Shown in pieces: positions 8,124 to 18,537 of a stretch of DNA of 64,000 nt. The notes beneath the pieces are model-generated. The model did no database searches. It saw only the letters and a list, made by a program, of their open reading frames with translations, and had not been told where the DNA came from. Every line of letters begins with the position of its first letter. Within the stretch, counting starts at the first letter, position 1. The DNA comes from an uncultured Acidobacteriota bacterium (lineage in GTDB: Bacteria; Acidobacteriota; Terriglobia; Terriglobales; Acidobacteriaceae), in the NCBI GenBank assembly GCA_963836945.1, contig CAWILL010000014.1:106486-170485 (forward strand), read 5' to 3'. Both the position numbers and the translations under genes were made by a program.

Positions 8124-10913
8124 TTATCTGGCCAGTTCCACCCAAGTCTGGGAGGACGAGAGTGGAATGACGTAAGCTCCACGATCCAATGGCGGCGAAC
8201 CACTCACGTGAAAAGAACCCACTCCGGCAAGATGCGCCGGTTGCTCGATCCGGATGCGCGCCTGAGGCGTAAACCCGTCCTTTGGCGCAAGTGCGATTCG
8301 CAGTTTTCCACTCTTTTCATTCCAAACCAGACGCTCGAATTGGCCGGAGTCCAACGTAAGCCAGAGGGCGGCAGGGGCGAGATAGAACCTGGTGCGCGAG
8401 GCGTCTTTGGGTTCCACCGTAACCTCATCGCCAGAAACCGAGATGTTTCCCCCGAAACAGATCCATCCGAAATCCGGATGGTTCGCAACGTAAGTCGCGG
8501 TATTCCACGCGTGCCCAAAAAAGTTCGGCCCGTTGTCCCCAGATAAAGGATCGAAGCGCAGCATATCGGGAAAGGAATGGAAGGCGGGCGCGTCAAAGCC
8601 CTGCTCGTCGACATCCGTAAGGGTGCCCATCACGCCGCCGTAACCTGCGCGGAGCAGGTGAAAATCTTCAGGATGCTCGCGGTATTCAGCGAGCATAGGA
8701 ATCGCATTGATGCCCGATCCATAATGATGAAGCTGGCGCTCGATGCGGCTATATTTTGCAGCGTAGATGAAATCCCAGTAACGGCGCGCGCTCCCGTTGT
8801 ATCCCCAATGCGGAACCGTCGGCATATATCCGATGATTGCATTCACCGTGACTTCTGCCTTGTCGTTATATCCGAAGTATTTGCTCCAGGCGTAGACCTC
8901 TTCCTGCCCGGTCGAGTCCCAAGGCATCTCGCTTCCGAAAGGATAAGCCTCTGTCTTCCAATGGTCGGCTCGCGCTTTCATCGCAGCTTCAAGTTGGGAG
9001 GCTTGTTCGTTTTTTCCTTCCCCCTTGAGGTCAGTCAGGATTGCCACGAAGATGTCGCCTTCCATTTGACCGAATTGCGCCAGACCTTCTGCGAAATGCG
9101 GCATTGCCATTGATGTTTGATACGCCTGATCGAGATACCAATCCCACGGATGATGCTTTACTAAGTTCGGATGATTGCGCGCGAGGCGGTAAAGGACCCA
9201 ATACGCGGCCGCCACGTGCGGATAATTGAACGATCTATCAATGGCCTCTGAAGCTTGCTTGTTCCAACTCGTCCAACTCTTCCAATCGAGATCAGAGCGA
9301 TAGTAGTTCGCCGGGAATTCATCAGGCTGATAGTAGAAGAGACTTTTCCTCACCCCATACTTCTTCGGTCCATCTTTGAACTGTATGCCGCCCCAAACCA
9401 CGTCATCCACAAACTGCTCCAGTTTGGCGACTTCATCCGGTTGTGGCTCCACAAATTCCTTCATGGCGAAGGCGAGCCATGATCCTGCTCCACCCTCATC
9501 GCTTAAACCGGCGATCCAGACACGACTGTCCTGGGTCACGATGTGGTTCTCTTCCCGGTCATAGGTCATCACTGAGGGTGCGCGGTGAAATGGATCCTTG
9601 GGATCGTCGAACCATTGTTCATGCGTGAGAAAACGACCCATATCGGCGACGGCCTCGGCCTGCGCCTTCATGACGAAATAATGGATCGACTGTGTGAGTC
9701 CGTCTGCATAGGTTACGGTCACTCGCGCTCGTCCCCATTGCTTGCCAGTCAGCACGTATTGGGTGAATGCGCGGTTCTCCGCTTCGCCTTTTTTCTGAAT
9801 GTCGATCGCGCCGACTGGCTCCGCTTCGATCGATTTCACTGGTTCCAAGTAGCGCAAGAAGAGTTGAGCATGAATATCTTTCGGAAGCACGTAGCCCGGG
9901 ATACCGACTGCGACCGGGCGATGGTTCTCCGCAAGAGCAGATTCAATGTTCTGGATGGAACTGACAACCACGAACTGGAAGCCTATGGTCCAGCTTTGGT
10001 TGGGCGCGAGGGTTTTCGATGTGGGCGGATTCCATGGTCGCGCTTTTTTCCATTCCTTCTCAGCGAAGGCTTGACTGACAACCATCCAGTCGTAGAAGCC
10101 CTCGAATGTTATTCCGCGAGGGGTTAAGTCCATGTAGATTTCTGGCTTTGGCTTCTGATGTTCACTCCAGCGCGGACTCAGAATCGGCTTGTAGGCTTCA
10201 AACGAGGTCTTGCCTTCTGGGATTACCAGCAAAGCAGGCCCGTGGCCGTTCAACCTGGTGATTTGAAGATAGCCTCCCTGCTGCCCGATGTAGGGATCGG
10301 AGAACGAGCAGATGGCATGTGCTTGCTCCAGAGTGCGCTCGTTCATGTCGTTGTTGAAGACCATGGGGACGCCAAGGCCACCGATCTCGATCGGAGCGCT
10401 CGTGTGATTCGCAAGGGTGAAACGCAGAGTGAGCTTGCCGTCGATGACGCCCCAGGCGCGAATTACCTGGAGCGGAATGGGGTCCGAAAATGCGCTGGTC
10501 AGATCCGCCGCCCCAAGGACGCCGCCCTCGTGTGGCATATTCCTTACGGGAGTCCGGCGAAGAGCTGTTGAGTAATCTTTCCACTGGCCTTTCTCGACTC
10601 TAAGGCGAACGTCGATGTCGCCCAGATGGTAGTAGCCGTCGTGCGAACGTTCCCCAAGGCGATCCCCCGGCGTGAAATCAAATTGCGCGTCGGTCTTGGG
10701 ATGAAGGGCCGCTACCGTCTGCGAAGAACGTACCAGCGACAACTGAAAGTCTGGTGTTTCAAAGTTCTCGAGGCCATCGGCGAGCATCGGCCCCGGCTGC
10801 GGAGGGGGCCCTTTCGGTTCCTGTGCGAGCGCACCAATGCTCGCGGTAAGGAAAATTCCGGCCCAGCACTTCAATACGAGCAGACGCAACAGCGGACGTG
10901 CTTGGCTCATCAT
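8124..10913 (-). CDS. Secreted 929-aa protein of unknown function in a glycoside-hydrolase operon (possibly DUF5695-like; family assignment unverified)
   Basis: Long clean ORF with a signal peptide (LLRLLVLKCWAGIFLTASIGALAQ). The start overlaps the GH51 stop (ATGATGA at 10908-10913). No catalytic motif recognised by eye. Confidence 0.8.
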   Translation of the reverse strand: MMSQARPLLRLLVLKCWAGIFLTASIGALAQEPKGPPPQPGPMLADGLENFETPDFQLSLVRSSQTVAALHPKTDAQFDFTPGDRLGERSHDGYYHLGDIDVRLRVEKGQWKDYSTALRRTPVRNMPHEGGVLGAADLTSAFSDPIPLQVIRAWGVIDGKLTLRFTLANHTSAPIEIGGLGVPMVFNNDMNERTLEQAHAICSFSDPYIGQQGGYLQITRLNGHGPALLVIPEGKTSFEAYKPILSPRWSEHQKPKPEIYMDLTPRGITFEGFYDWMVVSQAFAEKEWKKARPWNPPTSKTLAPNQSWTIGFQFVVVSSIQNIESALAENHRPVAVGIPGYVLPKDIHAQLFLRYLEPVKSIEAEPVGAIDIQKKGEAENRAFTQYVLTGKQWGRARVTVTYADGLTQSIHYFVMKAQAEAVADMGRFLTHEQWFDDPKDPFHRAPSVMTYDREENHIVTQDSRVWIAGLSDEGGAGSWLAFAMKEFVEPQPDEVAKLEQFVDDVVWGGIQFKDGPKKYGVRKSLFYYQPDEFPANYYRSDLDWKSWTSWNKQASEAIDRSFNYPHVAAAYWVLYRLARNHPNLVKHHPWDWYLDQAYQTSMAMPHFAEGLAQFGQMEGDIFVAILTDLKGEGKNEQASQLEAAMKARADHWKTEAYPFGSEMPWDSTGQEEVYAWSKYFGYNDKAEVTVNAIIGYMPTVPHWGYNGSARRYWDFIYAAKYSRIERQLHHYGSGINAIPMLAEYREHPEDFHLLRAGYGGVMGTLTDVDEQGFDAPAFHSFPDMLRFDPLSGDNGPNFFGHAWNTATYVANHPDFGWICFGGNISVSGDEVTVEPKDASRTRFYLAPAALWLTLDSGQFERLVWNEKSGKLRIALAPKDGFTPQARIRIEQPAHLAGVGSFHVSGSPPLDRGAYVIPLSSSQTWVELAR

Positions 10914-13459
10914 TGCGTATTGTCCTTGGTGTGAAGTCGCAGAACATTGAAGGAATAGGGCGCGAGCGAAAGAATTGAAGGCTCGCCGATCTTCACCGTG
11001 CGTGAGACCGGAGCGATTTTGGTAGGCTCCTCGAATGAGTTCTCGTCGTCGGCGCTCTTGGAGGTCAGAACTGTGAACTCACCCTCTGGCGCTAGATGGG
11101 TTGTGCCATCGAGCCGGACACTGGTCTCAACAACCCCACCGGTCGTGTTGAGAATCTTGAGGATGACATCACTCGATTTCTCATCTCTTCCTCCGATGGC
11201 GAGTACCGTCTCGGGAGAGGGCACGGTCACGTCCGAGATCAGCGTTCCATCGAGGTAGCAGCGCAGCCTGCGGCCGTCGACCTCGATCATGACGTCATAC
11301 CAACGATCTGCCTCGATCTTCGCGACGACCGGAGTACCGACGATCGAGTCGTCCGTCTCGACCGCGTGCTGGTAGTTCCCCCAGCCTCCGAGATTCCACT
11401 GCACGCGGCGCCCCTGCGCACTGCCTACAGTGATTGCGAATCCTTCTTTGCCGTGAAGCTTTCGCGCCTTAGCATGCACCACGGTGTGGGAGCTGGTTGC
11501 TCCTGCGAGTGCGTCCTGGTCGAGATAAGTCCAGCTGACTGCTTCTTTGGACTGACGATAGACGCCGTGATCGGCGGTCCACTGTCCAGTTGAAGACTTC
11601 CAATTCGAAACATCATTGAAGTCCGCTCGATACATCACCTTGCCGTCGCGCTCAACATACACGTCCTTGAATTCCGCGGCGGTGTCGTACGTTCCAAACC
11701 CGAGTTGAAAGTGAATGGGACTTGGCGCCGGGATGAAGTCGACCTTCGTATGAAGGTTGTATGTCGGGAGATTCTCTGCGAAGAGTTTGTTCACGTAGTA
11801 GGTGGCACGCCCAAACACTCGGCTGCTGTCAAAGTGAATCATGTTCACTTCCCAATCGGGATGATTCACGTTTTCAAGCAAAGGAGCATAGCTGCCCATC
11901 TTCACCAGATCAGAATTCTTCTCGATGCTCATCATGTAGGCCGCGTCATTGAGCGCGGCCAGCAGATTGCCCTTACCAACTCCTCCGTTGGTGGCAAACT
12001 CGCCGATGTATAGATCCCAGTCCTTGCGCGGATACGAAGCAAAACTGTCGAAGTGCTCGACCGGCCAATACAAAGGCCGGTAGGCATGCTCATCCACGAG
12101 ATCCACGTGTCCGGCAGCGCGGATCGCACGCTCGTCGATCCCCGAAATCCACGAACTCAAAACAACTTTGATTGGGGGATACTTTGCCTTGATTGCCTTC
12201 TCGAACAACGCCACACGCCCGCCGTAACGCGGACCTTGGTCCTCATTTCCGACTTCGATGTATTGGAGCGGGAATGGTGCGGGATGACCGTTCGCGACGC
12301 GGCGCGCGCCCCATTTCGAGTGCGCGGGACCGATCGCATATTCGATCGCGTCCAGAGTATCGTCGATCAACGGTTGCAGTTGATCGTCGGGAATGAACGT
12401 GCCGCTGCGAAACGCGCACGAGATTCCCGCGTTCGCCACGTAGAGCGCGTCCGCTCCAATGTCTTCGGCAAACTGCAGAAACTCGTGATAGCCAAGCCCG
12501 TCGGTGCTCCAGTATCCCCATGGGCTGTAGGTGCCAGCGCGGCCTTCTAACGGGCCAAGCGTGCGCTTCCACTGCGGGCGATCTTCGATGGTGATGCCCT
12601 CAACAAAACATCCACCAGGAAATCGAATAAAGCCGGGCTTTAGGTCGGCGATCATCTGGGCTAGGTCGGGCCGAAGCCCATTGGGTCGGTTATGAAATGT
12701 TTTCTCCGGGAACAGAGAGACGAAGTCGAGCCACGCCTGGCCCTCAGCGGAGAAAGACAACACGAGTCGCGCCTTTGCGTCGGTGGCCGCCGCGTGGAGG
12801 ACGGTCTCATATTTCTTCCATTCAACACCGCCATCCGCTTGCACTCTGGAGTTCGCCAATACCGCGCCGTTTACGCTCTCCAGAGTTGCGACGATGGGGA
12901 CGGGATTCCCACTCCCTCGCAGAAAGAACGACAGCTTATAGTTCTCTCCACTTCGGATCGCCATGCCCCAGTAGCCATCGTTGATGACCGCAACCCGGCC
13001 TGCCGGGCTCACCGTTCGAACCGTAACTTGCAACGAATGCGGAGTCGCCGCATTCAGCGGACGATCTTCGACCAGTTTGAACTCCGCGTCGTTGCCGCCT
13101 GTCACTTCCGTCGACCAGCCGGGCCACTCGCTGTCAACGTGCCACTCCATCTTCCAGTCACTGGCTTCCAGCTTCTTCCAGAAGTGCGGCGTTCGCGGTG
13201 GGATAAGAAAGTCTCCCTCTCGACGGCAGGCTGGCGGGAGATTGGCATCCTCGAAACCGCGATTCCTTACGAGTTCCGCATACAAGCCGCCATCTCCGGC
13301 GTGATTGATTTCCTCAAAGAAGATTCCATACAGACGGCTGGACACCGGCGCGCCTTGTTTCTTCAGATCGGCCGTAATCGTCGCCGACTCTGCAGAGATC
13401 GCACAGGTACTGAAGCTCACCGACATAAGAAGGACTGCACAGCAGCCTTGAAGCTCCAT
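10910..13459 (-). CDS. Alpha-L-arabinofuranosidase, GH51-like, with N-terminal carbohydrate-binding-like domain
   Basis: Signal peptide. Motifs FIRFPGGCFVEG and YIEVGNEDQG (GNE acid/base), plus a C-terminal beta-sandwich, all typical of GH51. Confidence 0.85.
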   Translation of the reverse strand: MELQGCCAVLLMSVSFSTCAISAESATITADLKKQGAPVSSRLYGIFFEEINHAGDGGLYAELVRNRGFEDANLPPACRREGDFLIPPRTPHFWKKLEASDWKMEWHVDSEWPGWSTEVTGGNDAEFKLVEDRPLNAATPHSLQVTVRTVSPAGRVAVINDGYWGMAIRSGENYKLSFFLRGSGNPVPIVATLESVNGAVLANSRVQADGGVEWKKYETVLHAAATDAKARLVLSFSAEGQAWLDFVSLFPEKTFHNRPNGLRPDLAQMIADLKPGFIRFPGGCFVEGITIEDRPQWKRTLGPLEGRAGTYSPWGYWSTDGLGYHEFLQFAEDIGADALYVANAGISCAFRSGTFIPDDQLQPLIDDTLDAIEYAIGPAHSKWGARRVANGHPAPFPLQYIEVGNEDQGPRYGGRVALFEKAIKAKYPPIKVVLSSWISGIDERAIRAAGHVDLVDEHAYRPLYWPVEHFDSFASYPRKDWDLYIGEFATNGGVGKGNLLAALNDAAYMMSIEKNSDLVKMGSYAPLLENVNHPDWEVNMIHFDSSRVFGRATYYVNKLFAENLPTYNLHTKVDFIPAPSPIHFQLGFGTYDTAAEFKDVYVERDGKVMYRADFNDVSNWKSSTGQWTADHGVYRQSKEAVSWTYLDQDALAGATSSHTVVHAKARKLHGKEGFAITVGSAQGRRVQWNLGGWGNYQHAVETDDSIVGTPVVAKIEADRWYDVMIEVDGRRLRCYLDGTLISDVTVPSPETVLAIGGRDEKSSDVILKILNTTGGVVETSVRLDGTTHLAPEGEFTVLTSKSADDENSFEEPTKIAPVSRTVKIGEPSILSLAPYSFNVLRLHTKDNTQ

Positions 13460-13504
13460 CAGTGAGCTACTCCCGAGTATCCATAAAGATGTAAAGAGAA
13501 CGAG

Positions 13505-15940
13505 CTAAGGTGTTTGATCCGCTCGAACGGTTCGCACACCAAAGATGGCCCCGATATCATTTCCATCCGTGGCCTGGAAGCGGACCGTCACTTTGCTCTT
13601 ACCCGCCATAAGCTCCGGCGGGATGACATAACTGGCATCCACGAATTGCTTTTCCTGATCGGGGCTGAGGTGCGGTTCTGCGTGATCGGCAATCTTCTTG
13701 CCTTCGACCACGATGTCGAGCGTGCTCTTTCGCCATCTGTCGCCGCCGAAGGTCACCCACAATGCGATTGGCCGCGAATTCTCAACCGGCATGTCGAATG
13801 AGAACCATCCCTTGCCTCCTCTCCCGTGTCGGCCTCGCCACAACAGTGGAGCAGAATCTTCACCTTGTTCATTGAAGTCGCGCTCCGACTGCATCTCGCC
13901 CGGTTGGGCAAGAGCGATCGTCGCATCCTGAAGCTTCTGCTGTTTCTCCTGCTCGGCTTTGTACTCGGCCGAACGCTTGTCCCACGCTTCCGGGGTGAAG
14001 ACATCCCAGTACACGGCGTATTTCCGTCGCGGAAGTTCATAGAAAGGCGCAAACTCGATGTCCTGGCTCAGGCCGACGTCGCTCGTCTTAAACCATCCGG
14101 GCTTTCCGGTTTCCGGCTTGAGGAACTGCTCGACTGGCTTTTTCGCAACGACCAGCGCCGGTGCCGACGGAGCCGGCATGTTCTCTTCGTCCTCCTGACG
14201 AAAGTCGGGCCCAAGATCTCCCGCCAGCACCAGCGGCCCCCACAGAAATGCCATCCGGCCAGAATTGTCGGGCAGCGGTTCGCTACGCAACACCTTCGGG
14301 AGATTGAGTTCAACCGTGTCGCCTTGCCGCCAGGCTCGGTTGATTTTGACGTAGGAATCCGCCGCTGGAAGATCTTTCACCAGTTGACCATTCACCTTCA
14401 CGCTGAAGCCGTCCCCGGCCCAATACGGCCTGCGCAGTGCGAGCGTAAATTGTTTGGCAACCTTGGTCCGAATTTTCACCGAAGCAAAAGAACCGAGTGG
14501 AAAGTCGGTCACCGTTTCCACTTCGACGCCAGCCGAATCCCACTTTGCGATCGACGGTGCGTACAGGCCGACCCAGAACTCCTCGGAACCTTTGTAATAG
14601 TAGATTCCCGCGCCGTGCAGTGCGTGGCTTTCCATGCTTGTGCCGACGCAGCAGGTGAAATCCTCAAACATGCGCTGGTATTCGTGCTGCACTCCGCGGC
14701 CGACGGGCAGCATGTAAGTTACAGTTCCGTCCTTCGGATCCTGCGACGCGAGAATGTGATTGAAGAGAGCGCGCTCGTGAAAGTCGGCATAGCGAATATC
14801 GGGCTCGATGGAGAAAAGCGTGCGCGTCATCTTCAACATGTTATAGACGTTGCACGTTTCGGCCGTACGGCCGTCCACCATGTCATTTAGCTTGTCCGGT
14901 TCTCCGAAGTACTCGTTCTTGCCATGGCCACCAGTGGCAAAGCTGTAGTGATAGACCACGCGATCCCAGAAAAATTTCGCAGCCTCCTCGTCAGCGGCAT
15001 TGCCGGTGTAGACGTACCGCATCAGCACGCCATAGAGTTTCGGGACCTGCGTATTTCCGTGGGTGTGAGAAATGACATCTTTGTCTTCGGAGAGCGGATC
15101 GATCATCGCCTTCTGGTGGAACTTGTCGGCGAGGATGAGCCAGCGCGGGTCTGCCGTGTCGGCGTACAACTCGGCGAGAACCTCGTTCATCCCGCCAAAT
15201 TCAGTGCCCAGCATGCGTTGCAGTTGATCGTCGTCTAACTTGGAAAGAATCTTTTCGACCCAGCCCGCAAACTTGATCTCGACCTGCAGAGCGGCTTCGT
15301 TGCCCGTGTACCTGTAAGCATCTCTGAGTCCGGCAAAGAGTTTGTGCTCGACGTACCACGGCGACCACAGACCGTTCAGATCGAAGCCTCCGGATTTAAT
15401 GACCCCGTTGCTCAGATCGACGAAGCGTTGTTTTCCATCGACGCCCTGACCATCCTCGAGCGCTCCGATATATCCATCTCCTTGCGCGTCCTGAATCTCT
15501 TTCAGTTGGTCCACAATGTAGTTGGCGCGCTCCTTGAATCGGGCATCGCCGGTGGCGGCCCACATCAAGCTCACCGCTGATAGATAGTGTCCCGCGATGT
15601 GTCCCGTCAGATTGCGCTTTGGCCCATCCCATCCGCCGTAGCCGTCGGCCTTCGGTTTCAACCCGGCACGCTGGCGCAGGAAGGCAAGCATGCGGTCGGG
15701 CCGGAGTTCGAGCAGATACTTTGCATCGGCCTCCTGGGCTGCTTTGAGGGGGCCTCCTGTCAGCCTCACATGATTCAGCGGGAGCGGATTCAGCTTGACC
15801 GTCTTGCTCTCCGCCAATTGCGCAGGATTTTCATTTCTGGCCGCAGCCCGCAACCGCACGACTAAGCAGGCTGATAAACAAACCCAAAGCAGATTCCTCA
15901 TCACGCGACTTCTTGAAACGTAGAGCAGAGCTTTCGACAT
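13505..15940 (-). CDS. Glycoside hydrolase family 127 (DUF1680) beta-L-arabinofuranosidase-like protein
   Basis: NLTGHIAGHYLSAVSLMWAATGD...YIVDQLKEIQDAQGDGYIGA and TCCVGTSMESHA are typical of GH127/HypBA1-like proteins. Start chosen at MSKALLYV (ATG 15940) with GAGG 7 nt upstream. Alternative starts are at 15967 and 15901. Confidence 0.85.
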   Translation of the reverse strand: MSKALLYVSRSRVMRNLLWVCLSACLVVRLRAAARNENPAQLAESKTVKLNPLPLNHVRLTGGPLKAAQEADAKYLLELRPDRMLAFLRQRAGLKPKADGYGGWDGPKRNLTGHIAGHYLSAVSLMWAATGDARFKERANYIVDQLKEIQDAQGDGYIGALEDGQGVDGKQRFVDLSNGVIKSGGFDLNGLWSPWYVEHKLFAGLRDAYRYTGNEAALQVEIKFAGWVEKILSKLDDDQLQRMLGTEFGGMNEVLAELYADTADPRWLILADKFHQKAMIDPLSEDKDVISHTHGNTQVPKLYGVLMRYVYTGNAADEEAAKFFWDRVVYHYSFATGGHGKNEYFGEPDKLNDMVDGRTAETCNVYNMLKMTRTLFSIEPDIRYADFHERALFNHILASQDPKDGTVTYMLPVGRGVQHEYQRMFEDFTCCVGTSMESHALHGAGIYYYKGSEEFWVGLYAPSIAKWDSAGVEVETVTDFPLGSFASVKIRTKVAKQFTLALRRPYWAGDGFSVKVNGQLVKDLPAADSYVKINRAWRQGDTVELNLPKVLRSEPLPDNSGRMAFLWGPLVLAGDLGPDFRQEDEENMPAPSAPALVVAKKPVEQFLKPETGKPGWFKTSDVGLSQDIEFAPFYELPRRKYAVYWDVFTPEAWDKRSAEYKAEQEKQQKLQDATIALAQPGEMQSERDFNEQGEDSAPLLWRGRHGRGGKGWFSFDMPVENSRPIALWVTFGGDRWRKSTLDIVVEGKKIADHAEPHLSPDQEKQFVDASYVIPPELMAGKSKVTVRFQATDGNDIGAIFGVRTVRADQTP

Positions 15941-15962
15941 TGCGGCACCTCGGGGCAATCTG

Positions 15963-15975
15963 AGCAAACGTTTTC
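15963..15975. promoter_or_regulatory. Pseudo-palindromic motif AGCAAACGTTTTC (LacI-family-operator-like), copy 1, just upstream of the GH127 gene
   Basis: The 13-nt string is identical to 32007-32019. Its core AAACGTTT is palindromic. Confidence 0.4.
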
Positions 15976-16016
15976 TTATGAATCCATGCCACTTCCATTT
16001 TCGGCGGATACCTTTT

Positions 16017-17609
16017 TTACTTGCGCAGATTGCCGTCGATCATTCGCCAAATCCCTAGCGGATTGGCCTCTTTCAGTTCATCGGGCACAGCGTTATCGGG
16101 GAATCCCTGGTAGCAGACCAGGCGTGTGAAACGGAAGATCGCCTGAGTGCCCACGGAGGTTGATCGCCCGTCGGAGGTCGAAGGATACGGACCGCCGTGC
16201 ACCATGGCATGCGTGACTTCAACACCAGTGGGAAACCCGTTAAAGACCAGCCGACCGACTTTCGTCTCTAAAATCTGGATGAGGTCCGCAAAGTCGCGCA
16301 AGTCTTGTTCCGTCCCGTGAATGGTTGCGGTCAGGTGGCCTTCGAGAGAGCGCGCGATCTCCAAAATCTGTTCGCGGCTGGAGTGGCGCACGAGCAGCGT
16401 GGTGGGCCCGAAGATCTCAGACTCCAGGTCGGAACCTAGAAACGCATCGGCGTTGGCCTCGAATACAGCGGAGTGCGCACAAAATCCCGCCGCGCCGGAC
16501 TTCTGCTTTTCCGCAAGGACCGTCACCGCCGGATCAGCCTTCCGCTTCGCAATAGCCGAATCGTAGGAGGAATGGATGGCTTCAGTCAGAAGATGGAAAT
16601 GCGCAGAGCCGGCCACTAACTCTGATAACTTGCCCGCGAATTTGTCGGCATCGGGGCCTTTACCAAGAAATACCATCCCCGGCTTGGTACAGAATTGTCC
16701 TGCTCCCAGCGTGAAGGAGGCGTGCAGACCGGACGCAATGTTTTCAGGGCGCTCGCGCAACGCTCCCGGCAAGATAAAGACTGGATTCGTGCTGCTCATC
16801 TCGGCATAGAAAGGAATCGGCTCCGGGCGAGACGCCGCCACGTCCATCAAAATTCGCCCGGCCGTGCGTGATCCGGTGAAACCGCCCGCTCGCACCAGGG
16901 GATGTTTCATCAGAGCGGTTCCAACCTGCGAACCGTGTCCGAACAACAGAGAAAAAACGCCCTCCGGCATACCGCACTCGCGAACGCTTTCCTGCAGTGC
17001 CCGCCCAACCAATTCGCTGGTGCCGGGATGAGCTGCATGCGCCTTTACGATCACCGTGTTTCCGCCCGCTAGAGCCGAGGCGGTGTCCCCTCCGGCCACG
17101 GAGAACGCCAGAGGGAAGTTGCTCGCCCCGAACACCACCACGGGGCCCAGCGGCCGCATGAGGGAGCGGATGTCTGGCTTCGGAAGCGGCTTGCGTTCGG
17201 GATCAGCGTGGTCGATTCTTGCGTTCACCCACGAGCCTTCTTCCGCCACCTGCGCAAACAAGCGAAGCTGTTGACAAGTACGTGCCGTCTCGCCTTGCAG
17301 CCGTGCAACTGGCAGCGCCGTCTCCTGCACCGCTCTTTCGACAATGTCGCCGGTGATGAACTCAATTTTGTCTGCAATCTTCCGCAGGAACGCGCCACGC
17401 TCACGGCCCGATGTGTGGCTGTAGCTCTTGAATGCATTGGCCGCGAGCTTTACCGCGTGGTCCACTTCCTCGGGCGTTGCCGGAACAAAACCCGGTTGGA
17501 ATCGCTGACCCGTGGTGGGGTCGTGCGCATACAGGGGATCTGAAGAACCGGCGCCCTCGCGAAAGCCGATCAGCGAGCGCCCTGATAGTTTTGCCATCTC
17601 GCCCAACAT
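16017..17609 (-). CDS. Aldehyde dehydrogenase, alpha-ketoglutarate semialdehyde dehydrogenase-like (LhpG-type step)
   Basis: ALDH fold with catalytic-Cys motif LGAGQFCTKPG. Start moved to ATG 17609, 4 nt after the stop of the upstream gene. It is the last gene of the hydroxyproline operon. Confidence 0.85.
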   Translation of the reverse strand: MLGEMAKLSGRSLIGFREGAGSSDPLYAHDPTTGQRFQPGFVPATPEEVDHAVKLAANAFKSYSHTSGRERGAFLRKIADKIEFITGDIVERAVQETALPVARLQGETARTCQQLRLFAQVAEEGSWVNARIDHADPERKPLPKPDIRSLMRPLGPVVVFGASNFPLAFSVAGGDTASALAGGNTVIVKAHAAHPGTSELVGRALQESVRECGMPEGVFSLLFGHGSQVGTALMKHPLVRAGGFTGSRTAGRILMDVAASRPEPIPFYAEMSSTNPVFILPGALRERPENIASGLHASFTLGAGQFCTKPGMVFLGKGPDADKFAGKLSELVAGSAHFHLLTEAIHSSYDSAIAKRKADPAVTVLAEKQKSGAAGFCAHSAVFEANADAFLGSDLESEIFGPTTLLVRHSSREQILEIARSLEGHLTATIHGTEQDLRDFADLIQILETKVGRLVFNGFPTGVEVTHAMVHGGPYPSTSDGRSTSVGTQAIFRFTRLVCYQGFPDNAVPDELKEANPLGIWRMIDGNLRK

Positions 17610-17613
17610 AAAG

Positions 17614-18537
17614 TCACTTCCTATTCGGTAAGGCATACGAATTGACCGATTCCGGCCTCGTTCGTAATGCTTCACGGATGATTTTCTTCGCCTGCTCGAG
17701 TTCATTCCCTAGCAACTCCAGTCGCGGCGGCCGGACACGGGTGCCTCCCATTCCGACTTCAGCTTGCACTACTTTGATGAGTTGAACGAACTTTGGCACC
17801 GTATCCATTCTCAACAGTGGCAGAAACCAACGATACAATTCAAACGCTTTTCGATCTTCTCCCTGGATTCCGTGGTTGAACAGGTCTACGGATTCGTGCG
17901 GCAAGGCGTTCGCCAGGCCGGCAACCCATCCTGTCGCTCCCACGCCGATCGCCTCCAGCACCGCGTCGTCCACGCCCACCGAAATTTCGATCCTGTCATC
18001 GACCAGCGCACGAATCGCCGACACACGCCTGGCGTCGGTACTCGACTCCTTGACCGCTCTGAAGTTCTCGAATTCCGACGCGAGTTCCTGGATCTGCTCC
18101 GGCAGGAAATCGGTTCCATACGCCACCGGATTGTTGTAGAGCATGCAGGAAAGAGGCGTTGCGCGGAAGATAGCCGCAACGTGAGCTTTTATCTCACGCC
18201 AGTCACCGAGATATACATACGGCGGCAACACCATCAGCCCGGAACAGCCCAGATCGCTCGCAGCTTTCGCCATCGACACCGACTCCGAAGTCGTGAGCGA
18301 CGAGATCGAGGCGACGAGGGTACCGCCGCCATTGAGTGCTTTTCCCAGCGTGTGCAGAATGCTCTTCTTCTCGTCGAACGACAGGGTCGCGCCCTCGCCC
18401 AACGAACCCAAGGCGACCACTCCGGCGCACCCTTTCTCCAGCAGCCAGCGGGAGTGCTCCACCAGGAATCCATGATCAACGCTGAGATTCTCGTTGAAAG
18501 GAGTTGTGATTGCTGGCGTGACGCCTTTCCAGTTCAT
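17614..18537 (-). CDS. Dihydrodipicolinate synthase family protein, delta1-pyrroline-4-hydroxy-2-carboxylate deaminase-like (LhpC-type)
   Basis: DapA/NAL fold (TPAITTPF, GVVALGSLGEG, Schiff-base Lys in RAVKESS). ATGA overlap with the upstream gene at 18534-18537. Confidence 0.85.
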   Translation of the reverse strand: MNWKGVTPAITTPFNENLSVDHGFLVEHSRWLLEKGCAGVVALGSLGEGATLSFDEKKSILHTLGKALNGGGTLVASISSLTTSESVSMAKAASDLGCSGLMVLPPYVYLGDWREIKAHVAAIFRATPLSCMLYNNPVAYGTDFLPEQIQELASEFENFRAVKESSTDARRVSAIRALVDDRIEISVGVDDAVLEAIGVGATGWVAGLANALPHESVDLFNHGIQGEDRKAFELYRWFLPLLRMDTVPKFVQLIKVVQAEVGMGGTRVRPPRLELLGNELEQAKKIIREALRTRPESVNSYALPNRK

